Shown here in pieces: positions 9,848-20,400 of a stretch of DNA of 64,000 nt. Every line of letters begins with the position of its first letter. Position 1 is the first letter of the stretch. The position numbers were made by a program, and so were the translations under genes. The notes beneath the pieces are model-generated. The model did not search any database. It was not told where the DNA came from and saw only the letters and a list, made by a program, of their open reading frames with translations. Source of the stretch: Bacteroidota bacterium (GTDB lineage Bacteria; Bacteroidota; Bacteroidia; 2-12-FULL-35-15); the NCBI GenBank assembly GCA_040387415.1, contig JAZKDU010000011.1, forward strand, positions 27,499-91,498, given 5' to 3'.

Positions 9848-11185
9848 TTAAAATTCACGTTTAGTATCCCATTGTTCAAGGTAATCAGCTACTCTGCGAA
9901 CAAATTGGCCTCCTAATGAACCATCAACCACTCTATGATCATAGGAGTGTGACAGGTACATGAAATGGCGGATACCGATCAGGTCACCGGCTTCTGTTTC
10001 AATAACGGCAGGCTTTTTCTTAATAACGCCTACTGCCATGATAGCTACCTGTGGTTGATTAATAACCGGGGTACCCATTACATTACCAAATGAACCAACG
10101 TTGGAAATAGTATATGTTCCGCCCTGAATATCGTCAGGAGTAAGTTTGCCGTTACGTGCACGATTTGCTAAATCATTTACCTGTTTTGTAATTCCAATCA
10201 GGTTAAGCGTATCAGCATTTTTTATTACCGGTACAATTAAGTTACCAGATGGCAGGGCAGTAGCCATACCTATATTGATATTTTTTCGTTTGATAATTTT
10301 TGTTCCATCAACAGAAATATTGATCATCGGAAAGTCTTTGATTGCTTTTGCCAGCGCTTCAATAAAAATAGGAGTGAAGGTTAATTTTTCGCCTTCGCGT
10401 TTTTCAAAGTTCTTTTTAACTCTTTCGCGCCAAAGTACAACGTTAGTAACATCTGCTTCAACAAATGATGTAACGTGTGCGGAAGTATGCTTGCTCATCA
10501 CCATGTGATCAGAAATAAGCTTACGCATGCGGTCCATTTCAATTACTTCATCACCAGCATTTACACTGATTGCAGGTTTAGCATGTGCGGCACCATTAGT
10601 AGGCGCTACAATTTTAGCTGCCTGTTGTTCAGGTTGTTTCTCCGCAGTGACAGCCGCAGTTGTTGTTTGTTTGCCTTTATTAGGAATATAAGCTAAAATA
10701 TCATTTTTAGTAACTCTGCCATTAGCACCAGTACCTGAAATAGATTCCAATTCCTGCATTGAAATTTTTTCTTCTTTGGCAATATTTCTCACCAATGGCG
10801 AAAAGAATTTACCGGAAGAAGAATTTTTTTCAATATTCGTAGCTTCTGCAACAGCTACCTGCTCTTGTTTCTGCTGTACGGAAGGTGCAGTGTTATTTGA
10901 AGCAGCAGGTGTTTTTACATCAGCTGTTTCAATACTTGCACCGGCATCGGTAGAAATAATTGCAATGGCTTTACCAACTTGCACAATATCGCCTTCATTG
11001 TATAAACGTTTTATAAGTGTTCCGGCAGCAGTAGAGGGTATTTCACTGTCAACCTTATCAGTGGCTATTTCCAAAACTGTTTCATCAGCAGCAATTTGAT
11101 CTCCCTCTTTTTTCAACCATTTGATAATTGTTGCTTCTGCAACACTTTCGCCCATTTTAGGCATAATTAATTCTACTTGTGCCAT
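9848..11185 (-). CDS. 2-oxoacid dehydrogenase complex E2 (dihydrolipoamide acyltransferase), probably branched-chain type
   Basis: Lipoyl domain EIATDKVDSE, E3-binding SPLVRNIAKE...GTGANGRVTK, catalytic SYDHRVVDG. Confidence 0.93.
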   Translation of the reverse strand: MAQVELIMPKMGESVAEATIIKWLKKEGDQIAADETVLEIATDKVDSEIPSTAAGTLIKRLYNEGDIVQVGKAIAIISTDAGASIETADVKTPAASNNTAPSVQQKQEQVAVAEATNIEKNSSSGKFFSPLVRNIAKEEKISMQELESISGTGANGRVTKNDILAYIPNKGKQTTTAAVTAEKQPEQQAAKIVAPTNGAAHAKPAISVNAGDEVIEMDRMRKLISDHMVMSKHTSAHVTSFVEADVTNVVLWRERVKKNFEKREGEKLTFTPIFIEALAKAIKDFPMINISVDGTKIIKRKNINIGMATALPSGNLIVPVIKNADTLNLIGITKQVNDLANRARNGKLTPDDIQGGTYTISNVGSFGNVMGTPVINQPQVAIMAVGVIKKKPAVIETEAGDLIGIRHFMYLSHSYDHRVVDGSLGGQFVRRVADYLEQWDTKREF

Positions 11186-11361
11186 TCTTTATTTAAAAGG
11201 ATTAAGAATTCTAAAATTTACCGGATACAAAAATAACCTAATATTTCAGATAAACAAAGCCATCCGGATCTCTCTGAAAGGGAGTATATTACATTATTAT
11301 AAAGTTGAAAAATCACAAAAAATGTGCCTTTTGAACTTTCATCGATTAAGTAGCGAAAAAA

Positions 11362-11714
11362 AGCAGGCCTGTAAGCCGGGTTCTGTCGAGTTCTATCATT
11401 TATCTAGCCCTTTCGTCACCGAAAGGATCAAGCAACCTACCCTCCGGAATTGAGCGAGCAGCTCTAAAGCTCCGGTTTATTTGGTCTTTCAACTCCCAAG
11501 GTTTACCCGAAATAGCTGTTGCCAGCCATTTCCGTGAGCTCTTACCTCACATTTTCACCATCACCACGCATTGCTGCGGAGGCTGTATTTTTCTGTGGCA
11601 CTTGCTGTTCCTGCATTTCTACAAGACCTTCCAGTTAGGAAGTGGGATGCTCTGTGTTGCCCGGACTTTCCTCTCCCTTTCATTAGTAGAAAGGCAGCGA
11701 TAGAACGGCCTGCT
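11362..11714 (-). ncRNA. rnpB: RNase P RNA (bacterial type A)
   Basis: Minus strand has GAGGAAAGTCCGGGC, AGTGCCACAGAAAA and ACAGAACCCGGCTTAC; the ends AGCAGGCC...GGCCTGCT form P1. Confidence 0.96.
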
Positions 11715-11848
11715 GTTGTAAAGGTACGCAAAATTGTAGGATTTAGCTGATTTAGAATTATAATGGGTCTTAAGAATGAAATTCTTTTTTAGAATAAAAA
11801 CGTTATGGTTTTAAGGAGTAATCTCTGACCAATAGTGAATGGGGGCTT

Positions 11849-11890
11849 GAGATTGCCACGCCCTTTCTGCGAAGAGGGCTCGCAATGACG
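11849..11890. repeat. CGTC-tagged REP-like hairpin
   Basis: Minus strand CGTCATTGCGAGCCCTCTTCGCAGAAAGGGCGTGGCAATCTC with ATTGC/GCAAT and GCCCT/AGGGC stems. Confidence 0.65.
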
Positions 11891-12000
11891 GTGGAATGTT
11901 TTTGAAAGTGAATAAATAACAGTTTTTAGCTTGAAGCGGATAGATGGTTCGTAAAAGCACAGGTCACACACATAGTATAATTGTCAACAGTCCTTATTCT

Positions 12001-12588
12001 TTATTTTTTTGCATAATATTCTCTATTTACTAATAACATTTCGAGTTCTTCCTTCCAAAATCCTTCTTCTATTAATGCGATACTGTCAACATTTACAATT
12101 TTTTGTTTTAAATTCTCAAAATGTGAGTCTGAGAAGTTTGCATCCATATATGCATCTTCTCCATTTTCTAATAAAATTTGCGTTATAAAGTTTTTATAAA
12201 TAATTAGTATTTCGGCTAACTGATTAATAGAGTTATTTAAATATCTAGATGAAAATAAATCTTCGTGGTCAAGCCATTCGATCCGATCATTCATAGACGT
12301 ATTTATTGCAATAGGATTACCACTCCCATCAGAACCAATTACAACAAATTTCTCATATTCACTTTCAAGAAAATCATATTGCTTGGTCAGCCTATTAATC
12401 CCAAAATATTTGTCATCTGTGTCCTTTATAAATGATAAATATGGTGCAACATTGTCTGGAAGTCCAGCAACAGTTAGAAAGTCAATTGTTGCTTGTTTTA
12501 GATTTAAATCGTTAAGTCTGTCTATTGATATTGGACAAAGTGAATTGTCATCTTGTGTCCAAATAACCTTGAATTCTGATGGAGTCAT
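12001..12588 (-). CDS. SUKH-superfamily (SUKH-4-like) immunity protein
   Basis: FL..AGLP..VAPYL.F and VVIGSDGSGNPIAIN...RIEWLDHE...YLNNSINQL motifs. Confidence 0.7.
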   Translation of the reverse strand: MTPSEFKVIWTQDDNSLCPISIDRLNDLNLKQATIDFLTVAGLPDNVAPYLSFIKDTDDKYFGINRLTKQYDFLESEYEKFVVIGSDGSGNPIAINTSMNDRIEWLDHEDLFSSRYLNNSINQLAEILIIYKNFITQILLENGEDAYMDANFSDSHFENLKQKIVNVDSIALIEEGFWKEELEMLLVNREYYAKK

Positions 12589-12625
12589 ATCTTATTTATA
12601 CACATCTAAACATTACAAGTAACTA

Positions 12626-13654
12626 TCAGCTAATTGAGATTTCAGTTGCTCCAAAGCCATATTTACTGTAGGATGCATCGTAGTATTGAAGGTTGTTATA
12701 GGATGAAAGTATTGCACGTACTTCCTGTTTCAACCTGCCATTTCCAACTCCGTGAATTACAATTAACTTTCTGTAATGTTCATTAATGGCGGTATCCAAG
12801 GTATTTTGAAAATGTTTTAACTGTACTATCACAATTTCGGCATTGCTCATTCCTTTGTAATTGTCTATTAACTCTTCAATATGAAGGTTAATTTCCATTT
12901 CTAAGGCTGGATTATTTATGGCATTTGGCTTTGACTTTTTTTGAATATTGGAATGGCTTTGTTTTTGAAATAAAATTTTTGAAAGATCCAGTTTTGATTC
13001 AAATTGAATTTCTTCATTGGCACTGTCCATATTATAAACACGCATTACCAGGGCTTTTTCAGAAATAAAGTCGTTGCTTAAAAATGCATTTTCCTTATAT
13101 AATTTTATGGGTTTTAATTTTACCAATTCACTTATGGGCGACTGGTGCTCATGAACCTTTGTATCAAAAAATAAAGCTTCAATTTTAAATGTTGAAAAAT
13201 CGCTTAATTCTTTTCGATCAATGGTTTCTATTAATAAAGATTCAAAGGCTTTAGCGGTGCCAGTTTCAAGAGTGGTGAAATTTCCGTTTTGAAATAATGA
13301 GTAGCTGTATACAATTTGATAGACTGAATTATTGATTAGCCATACATTGATATCAGAGTGCTGAATATCATTTATTTTTTCGGGAGAAAAGGCTACGTAA
13401 ATACCTTCGGGCTCTTTTTTCTTAAGTGATGTTTCTTTTTTAACTTTAATTGGTTCTGATTCAGCTATTCTCCTTACAGGAGCAGCTTCTGATGAAGTTT
13501 CTCTTGATATTAAAACAAGTTCCGAAACCGTATATGGTATTTCAAACCCATCTTCAATAGTAATTCCTACAGTAGTTTTATTAATAATTTTACTAACCGC
13601 ACCTTCACCTTTTTCGTTTAAAAAACGGACTTTATCACCAATTTTGAGATTCAT
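12626..13654 (-). CDS. DUF2027/Smr domain protein
   Basis: N-terminal KIGDKVRFLNE.GEG; C-terminal EINLHIEEL...VIHGVGNGRLK...YGFGAT Smr domain. Confidence 0.88.
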   Translation of the reverse strand: MNLKIGDKVRFLNEKGEGAVSKIINKTTVGITIEDGFEIPYTVSELVLISRETSSEAAPVRRIAESEPIKVKKETSLKKKEPEGIYVAFSPEKINDIQHSDINVWLINNSVYQIVYSYSLFQNGNFTTLETGTAKAFESLLIETIDRKELSDFSTFKIEALFFDTKVHEHQSPISELVKLKPIKLYKENAFLSNDFISEKALVMRVYNMDSANEEIQFESKLDLSKILFQKQSHSNIQKKSKPNAINNPALEMEINLHIEELIDNYKGMSNAEIVIVQLKHFQNTLDTAINEHYRKLIVIHGVGNGRLKQEVRAILSSYNNLQYYDASYSKYGFGATEISIS

Positions 13655-13730
13655 AATGCAAATTTAAAACATTAAATCGGTTTTTGTGAATCTTAAAAGA
13701 GCAGTGAAGAAATTATCGGATGAATTACGT

Positions 13731-15827
13731 TTATAAATCGGCAATTAATGCGCCTGAATCAATGACAGAATAATAGGCCTGGTTAAGGGCAATACATTCA
13801 GATTTCCAACTCTGTATACGATATTCTGAATTGGAGGAATCGAACACAATCATTTTAGGATGGTAGTGTTTTAATAATTCTGCTATACGGATATGTGGTG
13901 TTTTGGAAATAACAAGGTATTCGATAGATAGCGGAATAATGGGTTTTTCATAGTTTTGGTTGGTATCAATTATAATCACTTTTTTATTGAAAAATTGAAT
14001 GTAATTATTGTCTATTTTAAGATTATTTGTGGTTAAATTACCAGAAATGATTTGATTGTTATTTATCCCTAAGTCCCACCAATTGTGTTTAATACGGAAT
14101 AATAACCCACTTTCATTATGAGCAAAAGCCGTATCCGTAAGTAATACATTACTTTTAGAACTTATAAAATCGATTGCACTTGTTTTTGGAACATTATATA
14201 CCACTATTTTTCTTTGCTGATACTGTTGTTGCTGTTCTATAACTTGTGAGCACATAATTATAACCACCAAAACCAGTGCAAAAACAAGGTGCATAAATTT
14301 GCGCTTCATAAAATAGTAAAAAAACAGGATGATTAATCCGTAAAATAGCCATGTTTCAAAAACAGTTATTGAAATTCCTCTTAATAATGAGTAGGGCCAT
14401 TTTTCAATAATAATTACCGATTGGTTCAGCACCCATACGCACCAGCCAAAGCCTATTGCAAGGTAGCTTGCAATAAATGAGATTTTCGCGAAAGCGAATA
14501 GTGCAATACCAATGTAAATAATAGCAGTGGAAATAGGAATGACAATTAAATTGGATAGCAAAAAATAGTTGGGGAATTGGTGGAAATAATGCAATCCTAA
14601 AGGGAATGTTGCTATTTGAGCAGCAATGGAAACTGAAGTGATAGTCCAGATCTGATTCAATAACCAATTATCCACTTCAAACCAATTGTATATTTTGGGT
14701 TGAATATAAACGATGCCGATTACAGCGAGATACGAAAGCTGGAATCCCACTTTCATAATTAAATAGGGATTAATCAACAGTAACAAAAAAGCAGATGCTG
14801 CCAAGGTATTGTAAATATTGGTGTATCGGTTATATGCTTTTGCTATAATAATAAAGCTAAACATGGTGGCCGCGCGTAATACTGATGGGGAAAGGCCTGT
14901 GAGAGATGCATAAAACCAAAGCAACAGAATCAGCAAAATGGCTTTGATTATATTCCCATATTTTACTTTATTAAAAAAGAAAAGCAGCCAGTTAAAAACT
15001 ACATATACAATAGCTACGTGCAAGCCTGAAACGGATAAAACATGCAGTGCACCTGTACTTGAATAGGCTGAAATAATATCAGCGTCAAGTTTATCAACAC
15101 AGCCTAATAATAGAGCCGAACCTACAGCGTACTCGTCACCGTACAAATTATTTTTGGAAAGGACATTTAACAAGCCATTTCGTAAATTTATGGAATGACG
15201 GAATATTGCGTATCCGGTGTTCTTTCCACTATACACCCAATCTTCACTCTTTATGTAAGCCTGATGATATACATTGTGAAAGGATAAAAAACGTTTGTAA
15301 TTAAATTCTCCTGGGTTTTGAGGCTGAGGAACTTCATTAAAATGGATTTTCATTACTTGTTCATCACCATAACTCAACTTTAAGGCTTGGGAATCTTTTT
15401 TAAAATATACCATAGCCTTTCCGCATGTTTTTTTCCAGGCGTCACCCTGTTTTACTGCAAGAACCTCTACCACTGCTTTTAATGATTTTTCCTTTTCCAA
15501 ATATGGATCTGTAAGTCTTGTATAAACAAATTGAGTACTATCTGTATAATTAGAAAAATGATTGGCAGAGAATTTCTCGGTTTTTAAAATAGTTAGATGG
15601 TAAGCCAGCAAAAACAAAATACTATTGACAATTAATCCGAACCAGGCAGATTTTTTATAAGAGAAGTTGAGTTTTGGAAAAAGTATTAATAACGTGATAA
15701 TAGTTAACAGTGTAACTAGACAATAAATAATTAACTGGGTTTGGAAAGGAAAATAAACAGCGCAAATGATGCCTGTCAAAAATGGAAGCATTAAACGTAT
15801 AAACGGTGCCTGGTTCCAGAGGTTCAT
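13731..15827 (-). CDS. comEC: ComEC/Rec2 family competence membrane protein
   Basis: TGALHVLSVSGLHV, SPSVLRAATM, GFQLSYLAV; many TM segments. Confidence 0.92.
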   Translation of the reverse strand: MNLWNQAPFIRLMLPFLTGIICAVYFPFQTQLIIYCLVTLLTIITLLILFPKLNFSYKKSAWFGLIVNSILFLLAYHLTILKTEKFSANHFSNYTDSTQFVYTRLTDPYLEKEKSLKAVVEVLAVKQGDAWKKTCGKAMVYFKKDSQALKLSYGDEQVMKIHFNEVPQPQNPGEFNYKRFLSFHNVYHQAYIKSEDWVYSGKNTGYAIFRHSINLRNGLLNVLSKNNLYGDEYAVGSALLLGCVDKLDADIISAYSSTGALHVLSVSGLHVAIVYVVFNWLLFFFNKVKYGNIIKAILLILLLWFYASLTGLSPSVLRAATMFSFIIIAKAYNRYTNIYNTLAASAFLLLLINPYLIMKVGFQLSYLAVIGIVYIQPKIYNWFEVDNWLLNQIWTITSVSIAAQIATFPLGLHYFHQFPNYFLLSNLIVIPISTAIIYIGIALFAFAKISFIASYLAIGFGWCVWVLNQSVIIIEKWPYSLLRGISITVFETWLFYGLIILFFYYFMKRKFMHLVFALVLVVIIMCSQVIEQQQQYQQRKIVVYNVPKTSAIDFISSKSNVLLTDTAFAHNESGLLFRIKHNWWDLGINNNQIISGNLTTNNLKIDNNYIQFFNKKVIIIDTNQNYEKPIIPLSIEYLVISKTPHIRIAELLKHYHPKMIVFDSSNSEYRIQSWKSECIALNQAYYSVIDSGALIADL

Positions 15828-15837
15828 AGTTTTTTTT

Positions 15838-15904
15838 AGTATTAAGTACTTAGTATTAAGTATTAAGTATCAGGTACTAGGTATTAGGTATTAGAGAAGT
15901 ATTA
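15838..15904. repeat. Heptamer tandem repeat tract (RGTATTA-like, ~9 units)
   Basis: AGTATTA AGTACTT AGTATTA AGTATTA AGTATCA GGTACTA GGTATTA GGTATTA ... immediately upstream of comEC. Confidence 0.85.
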
Positions 15905-15989
15905 AATCAATATCATTAATGATTTGTACCGATATTTCAGAATTAAGGTTGTCGTGTTAAGTGTTTTATAATCAGTTCTTTGAAATTTA

Positions 15990-16706
15990 TTACCTCCAGC
16001 GATACTTGAAGCTTTCATATTTGCCTTTGATGGCCATTGTAAGTTCCAATTGTGTAGAATTCTGCATAAATTCATCACTTAGATGAAGATATTTTATGAA
16101 AGCGTCAAATTCATCTTCACTTAAATCAATAATATCGTGTTTAATATATAATCTAAAAAGATCTTTTAATATATCACGCTTAAGATCAGCATTTTCCCAT
16201 TCGGCAACCTTTCGTTTTGATTCTCCAAACTTACTAAAACGTTCGTATAAATAGGTAATCGGACTTTCTAATGCATCAATGCCTTCTACACTGTATGTTT
16301 TTCTAATACCCAGTTTATCTATATCCTCTTGAATTTCATTTAAATTACGGGTTGCAAATACGCTCACTTCCTTTAATGTAAAATATAATTTGTCGAGGGG
16401 GATGTAGAGGTTATATTGCTTTTTAGCAATGGAATCCTTTAAACAGATTCTTTTTTGTCTAAAGCCAAGCGCTGATAATAAAATAGTATCGGTTTGGAGG
16501 GCTGAAATTGAAAATTTACCTTCGGAATCCGCAAAAATACCATTATTGGTACGTTTGTTAATGATCATCAATTTTGGTAATGGTAATTTACTTTCCTTGT
16601 CGTATGCCTGCCCTTGAATTGTAATTATTTGAGCTTTAGAGTAATAGGTGCATGATATTAATAGGAATACAATTATTGTTTTTGGTATGGAAGTATAATT
16701 GCTCAA
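15990..16706 (-). CDS. Secreted protein with carboxypeptidase-regulatory-like N-terminal domain
   Basis: Signal peptide; ITIQGQAYD...GIFADSEGKFSI....DTILLSALGF. Confidence 0.75.
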   Translation of the reverse strand: MSNYTSIPKTIIVFLLISCTYYSKAQIITIQGQAYDKESKLPLPKLMIINKRTNNGIFADSEGKFSISALQTDTILLSALGFRQKRICLKDSIAKKQYNLYIPLDKLYFTLKEVSVFATRNLNEIQEDIDKLGIRKTYSVEGIDALESPITYLYERFSKFGESKRKVAEWENADLKRDILKDLFRLYIKHDIIDLSEDEFDAFIKYLHLSDEFMQNSTQLELTMAIKGKYESFKYRWR

Positions 16707-16737
16707 ATTGAATTTTTAATGATTTAGTTTCATTATG

Positions 16738-17403
16738 CTATTCGGTTTCCATTTGGCCTTCAGTAGATTTTACCTTCTTTTTTTTGATCAGGTTAGCTTT
16801 TGATTCTTCTCTTTTCAGCAGACGTTCAATGTTTTTTTGATGTGTTATCAAAACCATTATTGCTATTAATATTGAAAAGATAATCAATGATGGAGTGGTA
16901 GTTTTAAAAATAACAATTACAATGATAGGAAACGATACAGCTGCTGTCATGGAGCTTAATGAGACATAGCTTGAAATAAGCAAAACGATAATAAAAATCC
17001 CGATAGAAATAAAAGCGGCATAAGGCAGAATTGCCAGAATTATCCCTAAAAGGGTTGCTATACCTTTTCCGCCCCTAAAGGAAGCAAAAATTGGAAATAT
17101 ATGCCCTACAAGAGAAGCAATACCAAGCACTAACTGTAAATTAATAAACTGATAGGTATTTGGAATGTTGACACTGAAATAGGCCAGACCGACTGCTAAA
17201 AAACCTTTTAAAACATCAATTATTAATACCGGAATGCCGGCTTTTTTGCCCAATACCCGGAAAACATTTGTTGCACCAGCATTTCCACTGCCATACTCCC
17301 GAACGTCAATATTATAAAAATATTTCCCGATCCAAACAGCAGTAGGAATGGAGCCTAAAAGGTAAGCGCCTAGTAAAAGTAATATGTTATTTGTTGTCAG
17401 CAC
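16738..17403 (-). CDS. plsY: Glycerol-3-phosphate acyltransferase PlsY
   Basis: YLLGSIP, GSGNAGATN, GHIFPIF..FRGGKGIAT, HQKNIERL. Confidence 0.96.
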   Translation of the reverse strand: MLTTNNILLLLGAYLLGSIPTAVWIGKYFYNIDVREYGSGNAGATNVFRVLGKKAGIPVLIIDVLKGFLAVGLAYFSVNIPNTYQFINLQLVLGIASLVGHIFPIFASFRGGKGIATLLGIILAILPYAAFISIGIFIIVLLISSYVSLSSMTAAVSFPIIVIVIFKTTTPSLIIFSILIAIMVLITHQKNIERLLKREESKANLIKKKKVKSTEGQMETE

Positions 17404-20400
17404 TATTCTTCTGGTTCTTTTGGATCCTTAGTTTTTCGTAAAAATAACGTCTTTTTGCTTGGAGGACAAATATTATAGTAATAATCCTGCTCTCCCTTTT
17501 CTCCTGCTTTCTTGCGTTTATCCGGTTTCAATTCTTTTAAAATGGTGTTGAAAGCTTCATTAGAAGACACCGCAAGCATTGTTCCACGGGTATAATTGAA
17601 ATAATACCAATTATTAGGATCAATTTCCAAATATATATTTAAAATATCACCCCCACGCTTTTTTATCAGTTCAACTTTTCCTTCAACCAATTTATTAATT
17701 TGGTTCTTGTTAATATTACCAATCCCGATTTGACCGGTGGAAGTATAAGAGCGGGTCTCCTTATTCCATTTCATTTTCACATCATTGAGGAATAAAGTTT
17801 TCTTTAATTCATCAGGGAATTTTTTATAAGAACCGTACAAATTCAATTGTGAAATTAACTTGTCGGCCTGTTCTTTACCTAACATTTCACGTAATCCTTT
17901 TTCAAATACGGGACGTGCCATATCTGTTCCTGTTAAGCCTGTAGCAGCAACAACGGCCTCGCCCATTTTATTGATAGCCCCGTCATCAAAGAAAAAGTCG
18001 AGAGACATTAACATATCAAATGAGGTTGAATCTTTTATTAGGGTATGAGTGGCACTTCCATAAGACTCTATTTTAACCTGACCTAATTCTCCGCCCAAAT
18101 TAATTTTTCCTTCACCATACACTTTGCAATCGGAAGTGCTTAAACTCAGGTAATTTCCAGTCAAGGAACGTTCAACCAATTTTTCTTTATTAGATATGCG
18201 GTACTCTCGCGAAGCTTTATCGAAAAACAAAAAGCCATCAGCAGGTAGCACATAGGGGTCGTTGGTAGACTTTTTTGGTGATAAAAATGCCGAATAAAAA
18301 TGGGTGGAATCCGTTGTAACCATTAAGGATGCAGCAATTGGTTTACCACCAGCATCAACAGGTTCTTTTGCAATAGGAATATAGATTAGGTTAGGATCAA
18401 TTTCAGATTCAAATTTAAACCAGGATTTTGATATTCCAGCACATTCGTGCGTTATACGGGCTGCACCATCAAATACCAAGAAATTTTTGGCGGCCTTTAA
18501 TTTAACTTTTCCTTTGTATTCAAAATTAGGACTCAAACCAAATTTGGAAGTATCACTAATATCTGTTTCCGCATACGTTTGAAAGGTTGTATCTACTCCA
18601 ATATCGCTGAAATAAAATGTCCGTTTTGCTTTCGTTTCGTCAATATAATCATAGTAACCTGAGCCTGAATAACTTTTACGGGTATGTGCTGTAATGGTAC
18701 AATTATACAAATTATGGTATTTAGTAACCGAATTGGCAATGATTTTTGACTCGGTTAGCGGGCGCATTACTGCATTTTTATCAACAAATACATCACCTTT
18801 ATCAGGATAAACACGAGCATCAGCCAGATTGATATAGGTTACACCTTTTGCAGAAATTTCGAGTTTTCTCAAATCATATTTACCCGAAGATGCATGAAAA
18901 CGCAATGAATCCTGTTTTGGATGTACGGATATAAATTCGGGGCCTTCCAAATCTAAGTCATTTTTATTTGCAGCCGCTGCCGTATTTTGTTTTTCACTTC
19001 CGCCAATTTCAATATTGCTGTCATCCATAAACCATTTGAAACTTTCCATAAAACAGATGTACTGGTTGGAAGGAAATTCCACAATTGATCCTTTACCATT
19101 GGATTTAAATTCACCCATCCGTTTTGAAAAGTCCACTTTTGCTTTTACATTATATGTTGCAAAGGCTACAGTTCCGGTGGCTATATCTTTAAGAGCAAAA
19201 TTCGCAGTATCCGAATCGAAAGAGATGGACTTAAAAGAAATTAATTTAGAATCTAACTTCGCACTGTTAAAATCAGCCGTTCCATTACCTGTTAACTCTT
19301 GCGGGGTAAGAGATAACTGTCCATAGAATTCGGACAATCCATTATACGCGGAGAATTTTTTATCCTTGCTATTCCATGCCCTTAAAATATCTTTTGCAGG
19401 TGACCAATGTATTCTTACATCTTCGCCATGCACTTTAGGGAATTCTGGAGGAGTTTTTTGTTCCTTAATATCAAAATTCTGAGCAATTGCTTTAGTAGAA
19501 TCGGGATAAAAGGTAAAATCACTTGAGGCGGAAACAGAGGTAACGTAATTAAGGATACCGGCACCCTTTAAGCCCTGGTGACTTAATTTGATAGCACTAT
19601 TGTAGGTTCCTTTGTCTCCATACACAGGATACCCTGCAGCTGGAGTTTGACTTATAAATCCTAATGAATAATCAGGTTGCAACCTCAGGGATTCTCTGAA
19701 TACCGGAAAAATATCAGCGGTAACCATTTCTCCCTTAAAAACTAACCCTTCGTTAGAGAAATTGTCCAAACTATCAATAGTAAAAGGATCTAAATGGAAA
19801 TAGAACTTTTCTTTTGGATATTTGCCATTTTGGATTTGTTTTTTGTTGTAATAGGCATAAGAATCTTTGAAGCTGTTGAATATAGGATATTTAGCGAGCT
19901 TTTTAATTCCAGATTTATTTTCGGGACCATCAATTTCCAGGTTTCCATTGATATGCTCAATAACCGTTTTTACCCGTACCAAAGGAAATTCACCATAAGC
20001 ATTTGCTTCAATAGATTTTACCGTTAAACGGAGTGAATCAACGTTTTTTAAATCAATTATAAATTTATTATAATCAAACGAAAATTCTTTACCAAAAAAA
20101 TCAAAGCGGCCTGCACGAATAACACCAGCAAAAACAAAGTCGCGGTTTTTCTTTAAAATAATTTTTTGCTCGGCAGGGTAGATTGTAACACTTTGAGAAT
20201 CACTCATGAATATCTGTTTAACACCGAATATGGTCATGTCATAATTCAATAAATTTATACTTGCGTTATTGGTTCCGCGTGCTACTGATGGGAATTGAAT
20301 AACATCATAATCCAGTTTTCCTGTTCGATAAGCAATGTAATCAAATAACTTATCATTTACATGAACTTCATCGTCTTCCGTGTCGTAGGTAATTAGGCCC

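Noticed and set aside
11121-11971. ORFs 11121..11453 (+) and 11789..11971 (-)
   Set aside because: They overlap the E2 start, rnpB or the REP hairpin and show no protein-like motifs
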